Assembly: GCA_965262915.1 (NCBI GenBank)
Contig: OZ253564.1
Coordinates: forward strand, 1,472,001 to 1,536,000
Origin: Candidatus Spongiisociaceae bacterium
GTDB lineage: Bacteria > Actinomycetota > Acidimicrobiia > Spongiisociales > Spongiisociaceae
Length of the DNA stretch: 64,000 nucleotides
Direction: 5' to 3'
Part shown: positions 1 through 9,353 of the stretch, in pieces
Layout of the letters: every line of letters begins with the position of its first letter
How positions within the stretch are numbered: position 1 is the first letter of the stretch
The notes under the pieces: model-generated
The model's input: the letters and a program-made list of their open reading frames with translations, nothing else
Databases searched by the model: none
What the model was told of the DNA's origin: nothing
Made by a program: the position numbers and the translations under genes

Positions 1-369
1 GTACTCTGCTAGCGACGCACGACCGGCGCGCACGGCGGCGGCGAAGGCTGCGGGGAAGATGACGACGCCAGGATGGCTAGACGCGGCACTGTGGACGTCG
101 TCGTATTCGATGGAGTGGGCGGCGACGGCGTTGGCCATCGCGGCGTACAGCGGCGTCGCACTCAACGACGTGCCGACGATCGACGACGATCCCTCACCCG
201 AGGCGAGCGCGAACCTCTGGATGCAGGCTCCTGAGTCGGTGGTCGAGCCGTTGGCGGCGACGCCGAGGTGGTCCAGCAGCAGCAAGCGGGTCGCGCTGAG
301 GTCCTCCTGAGCCAGATCATCGAACTGCAACTCGAATACTCGTTCGACGAGGTTTCTCGTCAGCGACAT
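1..369 (-). CDS. MmgE/PrpD family protein (runs off window start)
   Basis: Not in ORF track. Manual translation from ATG 369 (AGGAG RBS upstream): MSLTRNLVERVFELQFDDL...LLDHLGVAANGS...ANAVAAHSIEYDDVHSAASSHPGVVIFPAA, carrying the PrpD HxxE/DxDDxH...HP motif. Confidence 0.88.
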   Translation of the reverse strand, partial: MSLTRNLVERVFELQFDDLAQEDLSATRLLLLDHLGVAANGSTTDSGACIQRFALASGEGSSSIVGTSLSATPLYAAMANAVAAHSIEYDDVHSAASSHPGVVIFPAAFAAAVRAGRASLAEY

Positions 370-432
370 CGGGCGCTCCTCGGCAAAGGTCCGGATCGGT
401 TCGTCAAGCTTATGAGCCGACGCGCACCACCG

Positions 433-1668
433 TCAAGATCGGTTCTCGTCAACTCCTCCGAATGCTCCCGTAGCCTCAAGCTCAGCCACTCGCTCTGGCG
501 GGTAGCCAAGAAGCTCGGAGATCACGTAATCCAGATCCTCGTTGCGCGTTGGGGCTCGCCGGTACGTCACCTCCGACGGCTGCCCGACCCGCATCGAGCT
601 GGCCACCTCGTACACGGTGCCCCACTCGGGATGGTCGACCTCGATCACCATTCCTCTAGCTACGGTGTGAGGATCCCTCAGGGCGGGTCCTACCGACTGG
701 ACCGGAGCACACGGCACCCCCGCCTCAGTCAGCAAGTCGATCCACTCCTCGGTGGTGCGCTCTTGAAAGACGGAGTCGAGGATCGAAAGCAGCTCATCCG
801 CGTTCTCACGACGATCTCCGAAGGTCCTGTACCGATCGTCTGTGGCCAGGTCGGGGCGGTCCAAGGCCTCGACGAGACGATGCCAGAACTTCTCCTTGGC
901 GCACCCCGCGACGATCCATCCATCCGACGTTTCGAAGTTCTGGAAGGGCACAAGCGATGGGTGGGCCGAGTGACGAGTGCGGGTCGGCTCGAAACCCTTC
1001 GTGAGGTGCCACGTAGCCTGATACGTCAGCATGTTGATCGCGACGTCGTACAGGCTCAGGTCACAGTCCATGCCGATTCCGTCACGCCGGGCGGCGTGCA
1101 GCCCAGCAAGAATGGCCCCCGCGGCCATGTACCCGCCGGAGAAGTCGACCAGCGAGAGCCCCGACTTTGTAGGCGGCCCATCGGGCTCACCCGTCAGATC
1201 CATCCATCCGCCCAGGCCCTGGAGAATGTAGTCGTATCCGGGCTGTTTGGCACGTGGGCCCGTCATCCCAAAGCCGCTCAGAGAGCTGCATACGATGGCG
1301 GGATTCAGATGCTTGAGGTCGTCGTACATCAGACGAAGACGTGCCGGCACGTCGCCGCGAAGGTTGGAGTGCACTACGTCGGACACTCGTACGAGATCTT
1401 CGAAGACTTCTCTGCCTTCGGCTACCGTCAAGTCGAGACTCAAGCTCCGTTTGTTCCGGTTGAACGTCTCGAAGAACAGGCTGTCCTCTCCGTCCTGGTA
1501 CGGAGGTATGTACCGAGATACGTCGCCGCCGGTGCGGGGATCCTCGATCTTGATGACCTCGGCGCCGAGATCCGCCAGATGGAGCGAGCAGAAGGGTCCT
1601 GCTCCGAACTGCTCGATGGCGATAATCCGGACGTCTTCCAGCGGTCTCAACGGGTCCTCCTCATCCAC
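433..1668 (-). CDS. CaiB/BaiF family (type III) CoA-transferase
   Basis: PLEDVRII..AGPFCSLHLADLGAEVIKIE, NRNKRSLSLDL, SGFGMTGP..PGYD motifs. Likely start is GTG ~1668; the ORF track extends to 1794. Confidence 0.93.
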   Translation of the reverse strand: MDEEDPLRPLEDVRIIAIEQFGAGPFCSLHLADLGAEVIKIEDPRTGGDVSRYIPPYQDGEDSLFFETFNRNKRSLSLDLTVAEGREVFEDLVRVSDVVHSNLRGDVPARLRLMYDDLKHLNPAIVCSSLSGFGMTGPRAKQPGYDYILQGLGGWMDLTGEPDGPPTKSGLSLVDFSGGYMAAGAILAGLHAARRDGIGMDCDLSLYDVAINMLTYQATWHLTKGFEPTRTRHSAHPSLVPFQNFETSDGWIVAGCAKEKFWHRLVEALDRPDLATDDRYRTFGDRRENADELLSILDSVFQERTTEEWIDLLTEAGVPCAPVQSVGPALRDPHTVARGMVIEVDHPEWGTVYEVASSMRVGQPSEVTYRRAPTRNEDLDYVISELLGYPPERVAELEATGAFGGVDENRS

Positions 1669-1728
1669 TCGCACCCGACACCAATGCAGGCCATTAGAGT
1701 ACTCGCAAGACACACGACCTCGGAGGCC

Positions 1729-2286
1729 ATGGCACCTTCTCACGCGCCCGCCGGATGCGTCACCGGTCGGTTGCAGCCCGTCCACAACGGGCACCTCGAA
1801 CTCTTCAGGATGGTCCTCGGTGCGGGCTTACGTCTCATTGTCGGCATCACAAACCCGGATCCGCCATCCAGAGAGGCGCACCCCGACCACGATTCGCGTC
1901 ACCTCGCAGAGAACAACCCTTTCACGTTCCACCAGCGCCTCACCATGGTTCATGCGGCTCTGGCATCAGCAGGCATCAGCCCTGTGCGCTATGACATAGT
2001 CCCGTTCCCTCTTCACAACCCGGAGCGGGTAGAACACTATGTTCCTCTCGACGTAGTCCAGTACGTCCGAGTCTTTTCCCCGTGGGAGGCCGGCAAGGCT
2101 GACATGCTCCGCGGCTACGGATACACTGTGGAACTCGTCGACGGAGACGGCGAACATCGCATCACAGCCTCGTCCATTCGGGAGGCTTATCGCCTTGGAC
2201 GGCCGTGGCGTGACCTGGTGCCCGCACCGGTTGCCGACCTGGTAGATGACTATATCCGCAGCGGGCACTTCGCGTCCCGGCCGTGA
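1729..2286 (+). CDS. NMN adenylyltransferase-like nucleotidyltransferase (HxGH family)
   Basis: C-terminal part of ORF 268..2286: GRLQPVHNGH, NPFTFHQR, ITASSIR. GGAGG precedes ATG 1729. Confidence 0.82.
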   Translation: MAPSHAPAGCVTGRLQPVHNGHLELFRMVLGAGLRLIVGITNPDPPSREAHPDHDSRHLAENNPFTFHQRLTMVHAALASAGISPVRYDIVPFPLHNPERVEHYVPLDVVQYVRVFSPWEAGKADMLRGYGYTVELVDGDGEHRITASSIREAYRLGRPWRDLVPAPVADLVDDYIRSGHFASRP

Positions 2287-3626
2287 TCCCATATGGCGAC
2301 ACCCATCCGATGTTGCCTGACAACCGGCTGCCCCTGGTCCTGGTCATCCTCGACGGACTAGGAGACCGGGCCGTACCCGAACTCGGCGGCCGCACCCCTG
2401 CGGAAGCGGCCGAGACTCCACACCTTGATCGGCTCGCCGCTCGAGGTGCCTCCGCTCTTCACCTACCCTTCGGACCCGGAAAGGCTCCTGCGAGCGAGAT
2501 CTCTCACTGGGCTTTGTTCGGCTGTGAGCCTGATACCTTCCCCGGCCGAGCCGTGCTTGAAGCCCGCGGGCATGGCGCGGTCGTACAAGCCGGGCAGGTC
2601 CACTCGTATGCCGCCTTGCGGGTCGGGGAGGAGCGAGACGGTGTCGTATGGGTCACCGGGAGGGCTGCACCCTCCGACGGTGCCGACGCCCACGTCCTGT
2701 TCGAGGCACTCGACGGGATAACGATCGATGGATTCCGCTTCGGCTTGCAACGCCTCACCAGGGGTGAAGCCTTGCTTTCGATCTCCGGGCAGGCCTCGCC
2801 GGACATCACCGACTCCGACCCGTTCTTTGAGCAAATCCATCCGTGGCTACGACCGCTCCCACTCGCGGATGCAACAAACCCGGCCACGGCTACCGCCACT
2901 TCATCTGCGGTTGAGGAGTTCCTGCGGTCGAGTCGCCGCCTCCTGCACGCACACCCGGTCAACGTGCAACGCCGGGAGCGCGGCCTACCGGTGCTCGACG
3001 TGCTCACCACGAAATGGACCGGCATGGTGCGTCCGGTTCCGTCATTCGAAGAACGGGTCGGCGTACCCGGCGCAGCGGTGACGTCGAGCGCGTTGTACCG
3101 GGGACTGGCGGCGACGCTCGGTCTCATCTCTCATGACATCGAGCCTCTGCCGGACCCGGGCGAGGATCTCTTCGTCCGTTTCGAGACCGCGGCGACTCTG
3201 CTCGACGAGGGAGCACAGTTCGTCCACGTACACACCAAGGCAGCGGACGAGGCAGGCCATACCAAGGACCCGCGCGAGAAGATGCGCGTTCTCCAGCTCC
3301 TCGACGAAGCCTCGCGCAGGCTCCACCAGAAGCCCTTCCTCTCTGCAGTCGTCGTGATCACCGGCGACCACGCCACACCGTCCGTCGACGGCATCTTGCA
3401 TTCGGGAGACCCGACTCCGTTCTTGATGACCTCCCCGACCACACGGCCCGACGCCGTCACGAGCTTCGGCGAATCCTTCGCCGAGCGCGGTGCCATGGGG
3501 ACTATTGGAGCCTGTGACGTGTTGCCGCTGATGCTCGACCGCGCCAACCGACCTATGTTCCTTGGCTCCAGGATCACGCCCTACGAAAGCCTCGGGCTAC
3601 CCGACTGCCCTGAGCCGATGACTTAG
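2283..3626 (+). CDS. Cofactor-independent phosphoglycerate mutase-like metalloenzyme (ApgM type)
   Basis: ILDGLGDR..TPAEAAETPHLDRLA, HTKAADEAGHTKD, ITGDHATP..HSGDPTP motifs. Overlaps the upstream stop (GTGA). Confidence 0.85.
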   Translation: MIPYGDTHPMLPDNRLPLVLVILDGLGDRAVPELGGRTPAEAAETPHLDRLAARGASALHLPFGPGKAPASEISHWALFGCEPDTFPGRAVLEARGHGAVVQAGQVHSYAALRVGEERDGVVWVTGRAAPSDGADAHVLFEALDGITIDGFRFGLQRLTRGEALLSISGQASPDITDSDPFFEQIHPWLRPLPLADATNPATATATSSAVEEFLRSSRRLLHAHPVNVQRRERGLPVLDVLTTKWTGMVRPVPSFEERVGVPGAAVTSSALYRGLAATLGLISHDIEPLPDPGEDLFVRFETAATLLDEGAQFVHVHTKAADEAGHTKDPREKMRVLQLLDEASRRLHQKPFLSAVVVITGDHATPSVDGILHSGDPTPFLMTSPTTRPDAVTSFGESFAERGAMGTIGACDVLPLMLDRANRPMFLGSRITPYESLGLPDCPEPMT

Positions 3627-3707
3627 CAACAGGACACCTCAAGCATTCAGACACGGCATGAAAGGCGGGCAATAACCTCCCGACGGTAGCTCGGTGGTCG
3701 TGTCTAC

Positions 3708-3865
3708 GGGGTTAGCGGAATATTTGGACGGGATGGTGCGGTTTCGGGGGGTTGCCGTGGAACGTTTCGCTCCGGGCGCTGGGGGTGGATGCTGGGGACG
3801 GTCTGCTGGTAGTCATTGGCTGTGGCCGGGGTCACCGTAGAAAATGGACAAGAGACAACGGTTTC
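3708..3865 (+). repeat. Two degenerate Tn3-like terminal repeats (3708-3745, 3828-3865)
   Basis: GGGGTTAGCGGAATATTTGGACGGGATGGTGCGGTTTC and GGGGTCACCGTAGAAAATGGACAAGAGACAACGGTTTC align with the 39-bp TIR at 3912. Confidence 0.7.
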
Positions 3866-3911
3866 GTTGCGGACCTGTAGGGGTTGGGTTGGCGTCAGCG
3901 GAGGGATCTAA

Positions 3912-4416
3912 GGGGTGACCGTAGTAAATGGACAAAATGTTACGGTTTCAGGGGGGTCCGTAGGGGTCGGTGTTGGCCGTGGGGTGGTGGTGTGGGGTTG
4001 GTGAAGTCGTATCGGCCCGAGGGCGCCTCTCCTACGAACGAGCATGCACAGCCTTCAGGGAAGCCAGCGGCGGGTTGACCCTCCACCAACTCCGCCACTC
4101 CTCCCTCACCCACCTCGGTGAAGCCAGCGCGTCGGCATGCTGCTCCAAGGCAAAGCCGCCACCGTGACCTCCGCACCCTCGGCCGCTACACCAAACCAGG
4201 TACCGAAGCCGTCGCCGCCCTCGCCACCCACTTCGACAACAGCCGCTAACAGCACACGACCGAACAGGGCAGCGAAATAGCCAACCACACGGCAACACGA
4301 CTACCGGAGGCTGATCCCGACAGCCAAATACCACCCAACACCAGCCGACTGCGGCAGCAGGTACTGACCGCTGGTCATGAAACCGTAACATTTTGTCCAT
4401 TTACTACGGTCACCCC
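3912..4416. mobile_element. Non-autonomous Tn3-like element (MITE) with perfect 39-bp TIRs
   Basis: GGGGTGACCGTAGTAAATGGACAAAATGTTACGGTTTCA (3912-3950) has its exact reverse complement at 4378-4416. No TSD seen. Confidence 0.85.
4020..4250 (+). pseudogene. Tyrosine recombinase (resolvase-type) C-terminal remnant
   Basis: LSYERACTAFREASGGLTLHQLRHSSLTHLGE (HxxR box), then after a frameshift DLRTLGRYTKPGTEAVAA (catalytic Tyr region). Confidence 0.75.
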
Positions 4417-4429
4417 CAACACCGGTCCG

Positions 4430-5356
4430 GTGATCTCCACCGATTCACGCTGCTATCCCCCTAACCAGCGGAAACGTACGAGGTCGTCACGTTTGCACGT
4501 AGCTGTTCCGCGCTCTGTCGTAACCAACGATCCGACCCCGGCTGCCCAAATGCTGAACACGATGCGCCTCGTTGCGAAACCGCTCTCTCCTGGTCAAGGG
4601 ATAGCCCCGTACGTCGCCGAAGTCCATGCGGGCGACCTCGTCGAGTTCGGCGGCCTGCCGGTTCTGCTACAAGAGCTGGTAGTCGACGCCGACCTCCGTG
4701 TCGTAGTAGTCGGATCACGCGCTTGGACATGGCGACGACCGCGCAATCCAGACGCGATCGACTGGCGCGCCGAGGACCCGCACGGAACCGGTTTCGAACG
4801 CGCGTCATCCCCCGCCGTCGAGCGCGAAGCGATCGACTTGACCGGAGCACTGGGCCTCACCATGAGCGTGCAGGACTGGCTGGAAACTCCCGATGGCATC
4901 GTGTTCTTGGAGGCGAACCCCCAAGGGGCATGGACATTCCTCGACCGCTCCGAGGAAGTCATCCCTGACGCCCTCGCAGCACACCTCATTGAACGGTCAG
5001 GGGAGGTCCTAGCCGACGGGAAATGGCCGCATCCGTTAAAGCTCGTCCTATGGGACCTCTACCCGGCGAGTAAGGCGCCTGACAACGACGGCGCGGTCGC
5101 ACCCCCGTTCGCTCCGCCTCCCTGGGCATCCGCAGCTGCACGATCCCCTGCAGCGCTGTCCGTTGCGGTCAGAGCGAACGACGAGGCGAAAACTGGAGCC
5201 AGAACAGCGGAGGACAAGGCAGCCCGACTCGTCCGCACAGCACTCACAACGCTCACCGTCGCTACAGCACTCTTCGGCTACGAGTTGCAGGTCGCGCTCG
5301 CGCGCGTCGCTTGGTGGGGGTCTCCGGAATATTTGGACGGTGGTCTCAATCGGTGA
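4430..5356 (+). pseudogene. ATP-grasp (RimK/MvdD-like) ligase fragment with C-terminal hydrophobic extension
   Basis: VVTNDP, LVAKPL, LLQELV..DLRVVVVG, IDWR, FLEANPQGAW motifs. Begins just after a TIR and runs into another TIR-like sequence at 5317. Confidence 0.72.
5317..5354 (+). repeat. Tn3-like terminal repeat copy
   Basis: GGGGTCTCCGGAATATTTGGACGG matches the 3708 copy. A partial opposite end (CCATTTACTACGGTCACCCC) lies at 6757-6776. Confidence 0.65.
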
Positions 5357-5490
5357 ACGCAACGGATGGCTGTCTTGTAGCTTAGAGTTGAGGTAGTGAA
5401 GCGGCGTGTCAGTCCCCGTTGTTTCGGCCGTGTGAGGTTTAGAGGAGTGTTTCGTCGCAATATCTCCGTGGAGGCTCCTTGTGGTCGTGG

Positions 5491-6751
5491 GTCGTCTCAA
5501 TGACCAACGCCGTGGGCATCGGAGTGTTCAAGATGTTTGTTTGGTTACGGCTGTTAATGCTTGGTGGGGTGTTTGCCAGCCGAGGGTCTGGCGTGGTCGG
5601 TTGTTTAGTTCTGCTGCTACCTGGTCGTACGCTCTCTGGTCGAGCTTGTAGAAGTTGGTTGACTTGGGGAAATACTGGCGGAGCAGCCCGTTGGTGTTCT
5701 CGTTGGTTCCGCGCTGCCAGGGACTGTACGGGTCGCAGAGGTAGACTTCGATACCGGCCTTCTCCCGGAGGGTCTTATGGCCGGCGATCTCCTTGCCCTG
5801 ATCCCACGTCAACGTTCTACGCAGAGTGGGCGGGAAGGCTTCGAGCTGGGCGGCTATCGCGTTGTTCAGTGCCTCAGCGGTGCGGCTCCCTGGGAGGGCA
5901 GCCAGTATCAGGTACCGGGTCTTGGGTTCCACCAGGGTAGCCACGGCGGTTACTCGGTTCCCCACCAGTAGATCTCCTTCCCAATGCCCAGCCTCCTCAC
6001 GGGTTTCAACTACGCCGGGTCGGGCTGAGATCAAGACAGGATCCCTGATCACACCCTGGCCTCTCCCTCGACGATGCCCTGTCCGTGGTGTTCGAGCAGC
6101 ACGGCGGGTGCGAAGGCATCGCCACAGTTCTTTGCGGAGCACACCACGATGATGGGCGTACACAGACCGGTAGATCGTCTCGTGGCATACCCACATCGAC
6201 GGGTCAGTCGGGTACTCGGTACGAAGCCACCCCGAGATCTGCTCGGGTGACCACCGAACTGCCAGTTTGCTCTCCACGAGGATCCGCAGGCGGCTGTTAG
6301 CGGCGAGTTTGGGCACCTTCGGACGTTTCGCTCGTTCACGGACTCGATCCTCAGCGTCAACAGCCCGATAGGCACCCCGCCCACCGTTGGTGTTCACTTC
6401 ACGACAGATCGTCGAGGGCGCGCGGTCAAGCCGCCTGGCTATCGACCGCAACGACTCACCCGCTACCAGCCCCCAAGATATCTCTTCTCGGTCCATCAGC
6501 GACATCCGAGCCGAAGACCAAGCAGGCGGCCCCACAGGCCGCCGGAACCCGTGACGGGCCACATAGTCCCGCACCGTGCTCAACGGCCGCCCGACCGACG
6601 CCGCTATCTCCCTCAAAGTCTGACCAGCCTCGTACCGATCCCAAATCTCTGTCTGTTCCACAGTATTCATATGACGGCCCATCACAACACCTCCTACCCA
6701 TCCCGACTGGTATTTCCAGACCTAGGTGTTGCGTTGACCCTCTGAGGCCAC
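5491..6751 (-). mobile_element. IS30 family insertion sequence (ends approximate)
   Basis: Contains an IS30 transposase. End motif TGTTGCGTTGACCCTCTGAGGCCAC near 6727-6751 has an imperfect counterpart near 5491. Confidence 0.75.
5528..6685 (-). CDS. IS30 family transposase
   Basis: WSPEQISG, GHWEGDL, TLTWDQGKE, PWQRGTNENTNGLLRQYFPK motifs. Confidence 0.96.
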   Translation of the reverse strand: MMGRHMNTVEQTEIWDRYEAGQTLREIAASVGRPLSTVRDYVARHGFRRPVGPPAWSSARMSLMDREEISWGLVAGESLRSIARRLDRAPSTICREVNTNGGRGAYRAVDAEDRVRERAKRPKVPKLAANSRLRILVESKLAVRWSPEQISGWLRTEYPTDPSMWVCHETIYRSVYAHHRGVLRKELWRCLRTRRAARTPRTGHRRGRGQGVIRDPVLISARPGVVETREEAGHWEGDLLVGNRVTAVATLVEPKTRYLILAALPGSRTAEALNNAIAAQLEAFPPTLRRTLTWDQGKEIAGHKTLREKAGIEVYLCDPYSPWQRGTNENTNGLLRQYFPKSTNFYKLDQRAYDQVAAELNNRPRQTLGWQTPHQALTAVTKQTS

Positions 6752-6927
6752 AGTCCCCATTTACTACGGTCACCCCCAGTCGCCGCCCCGGATCAGGAAC
6801 CAGTTGGGGTGAGCCCGGAAAGCACCTGAAAAACCGGGCATCCAAAAGGCCTTGGTTCCACAAGTCGTCGAACCTCGATTTTTGGTTAACCTATCTAGGC
6901 CGGTTCCAGGGAAGGGGAGACACAAAC

Positions 6928-7761
6928 TTGAGCACTATTGACGGTCCAGCGTCCACGGGGACTCCTAGGGATACAGTCGATAGTGGAGGCGAGCTAGATC
7001 TAACGCCGAGGAGAGACGGATCCCGGCGGCGGCTGGGATTCGGGATCGTAGTTGCTGCTGTGTTGGGCATTGCCCTTCTGGTCTTCTTCGGCGGCGCTGG
7101 CAGGTTCGACGAAGACCTGCGAGAAGCTGCGGCAGCTGCTGAGGCGTCCAGAATCGCTGCCTACTCCGTCTCTGTTGCTGCCTACGCAGATTTAGTAGCG
7201 GCCCAGGTCGACGTCCAGACCACGTACGCCGACTTCGACGCCGCGCACTCGGTGTACTTTTTCGCCGAAATTGGCTCCTTAGCTGAAGCTACCGCTCTCG
7301 CAGCGTCTGGTGGAGCAGCGAGAGCGACAGCTCAGGCGTCCATAGTTGCGAGCCGTGCGGCCCTCGCGTCTGGTGAAGCCCTAGCCGCCGCCCATGACGC
7401 TGACGCTGCTGAAGCCGATGCGTATGTCGCTTACTTCAACGATGAGGAACCCGCCCGCGCCGCAGCCACCGCCGCTTTCGTCGAGATGGCTGCGGCGGCT
7501 AGAGAAGCCGCCCGTGCGGCCCTCGCGTCTGGTGAAGCCCTAGCCGCCTCCTATGACGCTGACGCTGACGCCTACAACGCCTACGCCCGCTTCGCCCAGA
7601 GCAGCTCCGTCGATGACACAGCGGTTACAGCAGCATGGGGGGCGGCCACCTACGCCAATTCAGTCTCAGCTGAAGCTGATGTCGCCCTTGCTCAAGCCAC
7701 TAACCGCTTTGTAGCGGCACAAAAGTCGGCGTTCGACGCTGCGGGCGCCGTTGACGTTTGA
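6928..7761 (+). CDS. Ala-rich membrane-anchored hypothetical protein with internal duplication
   Basis: One TM segment (LGFGIVVAAVLGIALLVFFG). RAALASGEALAAxxDADA is repeated twice, with a matching DNA direct repeat at ~7353 and ~7512. Confidence 0.65.
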   Translation: MSTIDGPASTGTPRDTVDSGGELDLTPRRDGSRRRLGFGIVVAAVLGIALLVFFGGAGRFDEDLREAAAAAEASRIAAYSVSVAAYADLVAAQVDVQTTYADFDAAHSVYFFAEIGSLAEATALAASGGAARATAQASIVASRAALASGEALAAAHDADAAEADAYVAYFNDEEPARAAATAAFVEMAAAAREAARAALASGEALAASYDADADAYNAYARFAQSSSVDDTAVTAAWGAATYANSVSAEADVALAQATNRFVAAQKSAFDAAGAVDV

Positions 7762-7799
7762 GGTATCCCCCAAAGGCGAGCCCTCCGTCGCTCCTTAAT

Positions 7800-7819
7800 A
7801 CACCCAGCTAGCTGGGTGT
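7800..7819. other. Perfect 20-bp palindrome (possible terminator or operator)
   Basis: ACACCCAGCT|AGCTGGGTGT, about 40 bp downstream of the 6928..7761 stop. Confidence 0.45.
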
Positions 7820-8061
7820 TCTCTGCACTGGGCAACGGACTGCCACTCCGCAGGCGGGCAATCAGCGCCGCAGGAGCGATTCCGTAGGATGGCCCGCATC
7901 TCGCCTTGTCGGACCGGCCCGACAAGGCGCAGCGGCCAGAGCAAGCGACCGAGTGGAGTGCAGGGTACCGGCCGGTAGACCACAAGCGCCGGCGGGACAC
8001 GGAGGTTGCCAATGTCGTGGGTTGGTAGAGAAGTCGAACGAATCCGGCAGGAGACGAGTAC

Positions 8062-8685
8062 ATGGCAATGACGAATCCCATTCCCACCGACGGTCCGATC
8101 CCCGTCGGCGTCATCGCCGGGATCGACGAAACCGTCTTCTCTGAAGACGACAACATCACCATCACCTATGTCCTCGCTGGCGTTGTGTACCGCGACGCCC
8201 AAGCGGCCCGTCGGGCCTTCCAGCAACTTATCGCTGGCCGCAAGGGACCGTTTCACTGGCGGGAAGAAGGCCGCGAGCGCCGTGAGGAAGCAGTCACCCT
8301 CCTAGAAGAGCACGTTGTCGCTACCTACCTGCTTGCTCGACCAACTGGAATCCACCGCCCGCTAGAGGCGCGTCACGAACTTCTCGCCCATCTCGTAGCA
8401 GAACTCCTCAATGACGGAGTCGACCACGTCATCATCGAATCAGCACGGGTTCCAGCCAATGACGGTCGGGACCGCGATACGATCGTGGAATCATTCCGAG
8501 CCGACAGCGCCAACCGTACGTTCACTTACGACTGGCGCACTAAGACCGAGCCGCTGCTGTGGTACCCCGACGCGCTCGCCGGCGTCGCCCATGAATTCCT
8601 CGCCGATGGAAAAGCACACCACTTTCGACGACTTCAGAGAGCAGAAGTCGTCACCGAGATCCGCTACCCCCGTTCTGATCACTGA
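8062..8685 (+). CDS. DUF3800-like (RNase H-fold) protein
   Basis: IDET..YVLAGV, FHWREE, IIES..D..D, EPLLWYPDALAG pattern. AGGAG RBS. Confidence 0.6.
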   Translation: MAMTNPIPTDGPIPVGVIAGIDETVFSEDDNITITYVLAGVVYRDAQAARRAFQQLIAGRKGPFHWREEGRERREEAVTLLEEHVVATYLLARPTGIHRPLEARHELLAHLVAELLNDGVDHVIIESARVPANDGRDRDTIVESFRADSANRTFTYDWRTKTEPLLWYPDALAGVAHEFLADGKAHHFRRLQRAEVVTEIRYPRSDH

Positions 8686-8822
8686 AGTTCCTCTTTACCT
8701 TGGGTGGCTCTGATGTGTCAGGATCGGGGCTGGTCGCTCACAGCGGCCAGTAGGGCCTCACCGTTCGTTACCGGGTTGCTTGCCTTTAGGGGCGATCTGA
8801 TCCTAGGACCACCGGGGATGTG

Positions 8823-8850
8823 ATGTCCGATAATGAACATTATGTAAAGC
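8823..8850 (+). other. dif-like XerC/XerD recombination site A
   Basis: ATGTCCGATAA-TGAACA-TTATGTAAAGC: 11-6-11 architecture with a XerD-type arm TTATGT and a CCGATAA arm as in actinobacterial dif. Confidence 0.8.
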
Positions 8851-8997
8851 TACGGCTGCGGTGTTTCCCCAGGTAGATGACGGTTTCGGGGTAGGGCCGT
8901 CCGGGTCGTGCATAAACCGTCCCAGCCACGGTCGAATATGCGACAGTTAATACCGGTCGACGATGGTCGGCAGAGACCCGGCTGGTTGACGAGCTCC
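8823..8997. repeat. ~175-bp repeat containing the dif-like core; inverted copy 11702-11879, degenerate inverted copy ~19453-19549
   Basis: The reverse complement of 8823-8997 aligns almost base for base with 11702-11879. Blocks ATATTC..CGTGG.TGGG, GGTTTATGCACG and CCGAAACCG recur at 19490-19549. Confidence 0.9.
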
Positions 8998-9241
8998 CGG
9001 CGGGTACCGTTAACCCCCTATGAGCAGAGTCCGCCCCCCAGGGCGCCCACCACCCACATATCCCCCCGGCCGCTACTGCGCCACCGACAGCTGAACGGCG
9101 CGCCTATCCATCTACAACCCGACCGACCACTGCAACCTCCACACCCCCCTCCGACGCCGACCCGCACTGAGCCGCCGACGCTGGTGAGACCATTCAGGCG
9201 GGTAACCGCTGTCGGCGGCCGGCCGAGCCCCCAGCGGAAAG
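8998..9241. repeat. ~245-bp block with inverted copy at ~19072-19313
   Basis: For example GGTAACCGCTGTCGGCGGCCGGCCGAGCCCCCAGCGGAA and CACCACCCACATATCCCCCCGGCCGC occur reverse-complemented at 19072-19265. Confidence 0.88.
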
Positions 9242-9268
9242 GAGTGTCCGCTGCCTGTCACCCGGGCG

Positions 9269-9353
9269 AACAGCCAAAGTATCCGGTTCCCCCCAGCACG
9301 CCGTGGCGGCGAAACTCCTCGAAGAGGGTTTCGGGCGGAAACGCCCCAAACCC
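9269..9353 (+). repeat. ~85-bp structured repeat; copies at 13203-13283 (+) and ~16835-16915 (-)
   Basis: Shared ACAGCCA..GTA.CCG.TTC.C.CAGCACGCCGTGG..GGC...GGGTTTCGGG.GG.AA.ACCC/CGCCC, including hairpins. Confidence 0.82.

Noticed and set aside
268-1728. 672-aa + strand ORF as a single protein
   Set aside because: The first ~490 aa are the antisense shadow of the CoA-transferase; only the part from ATG 1729 has motifs.
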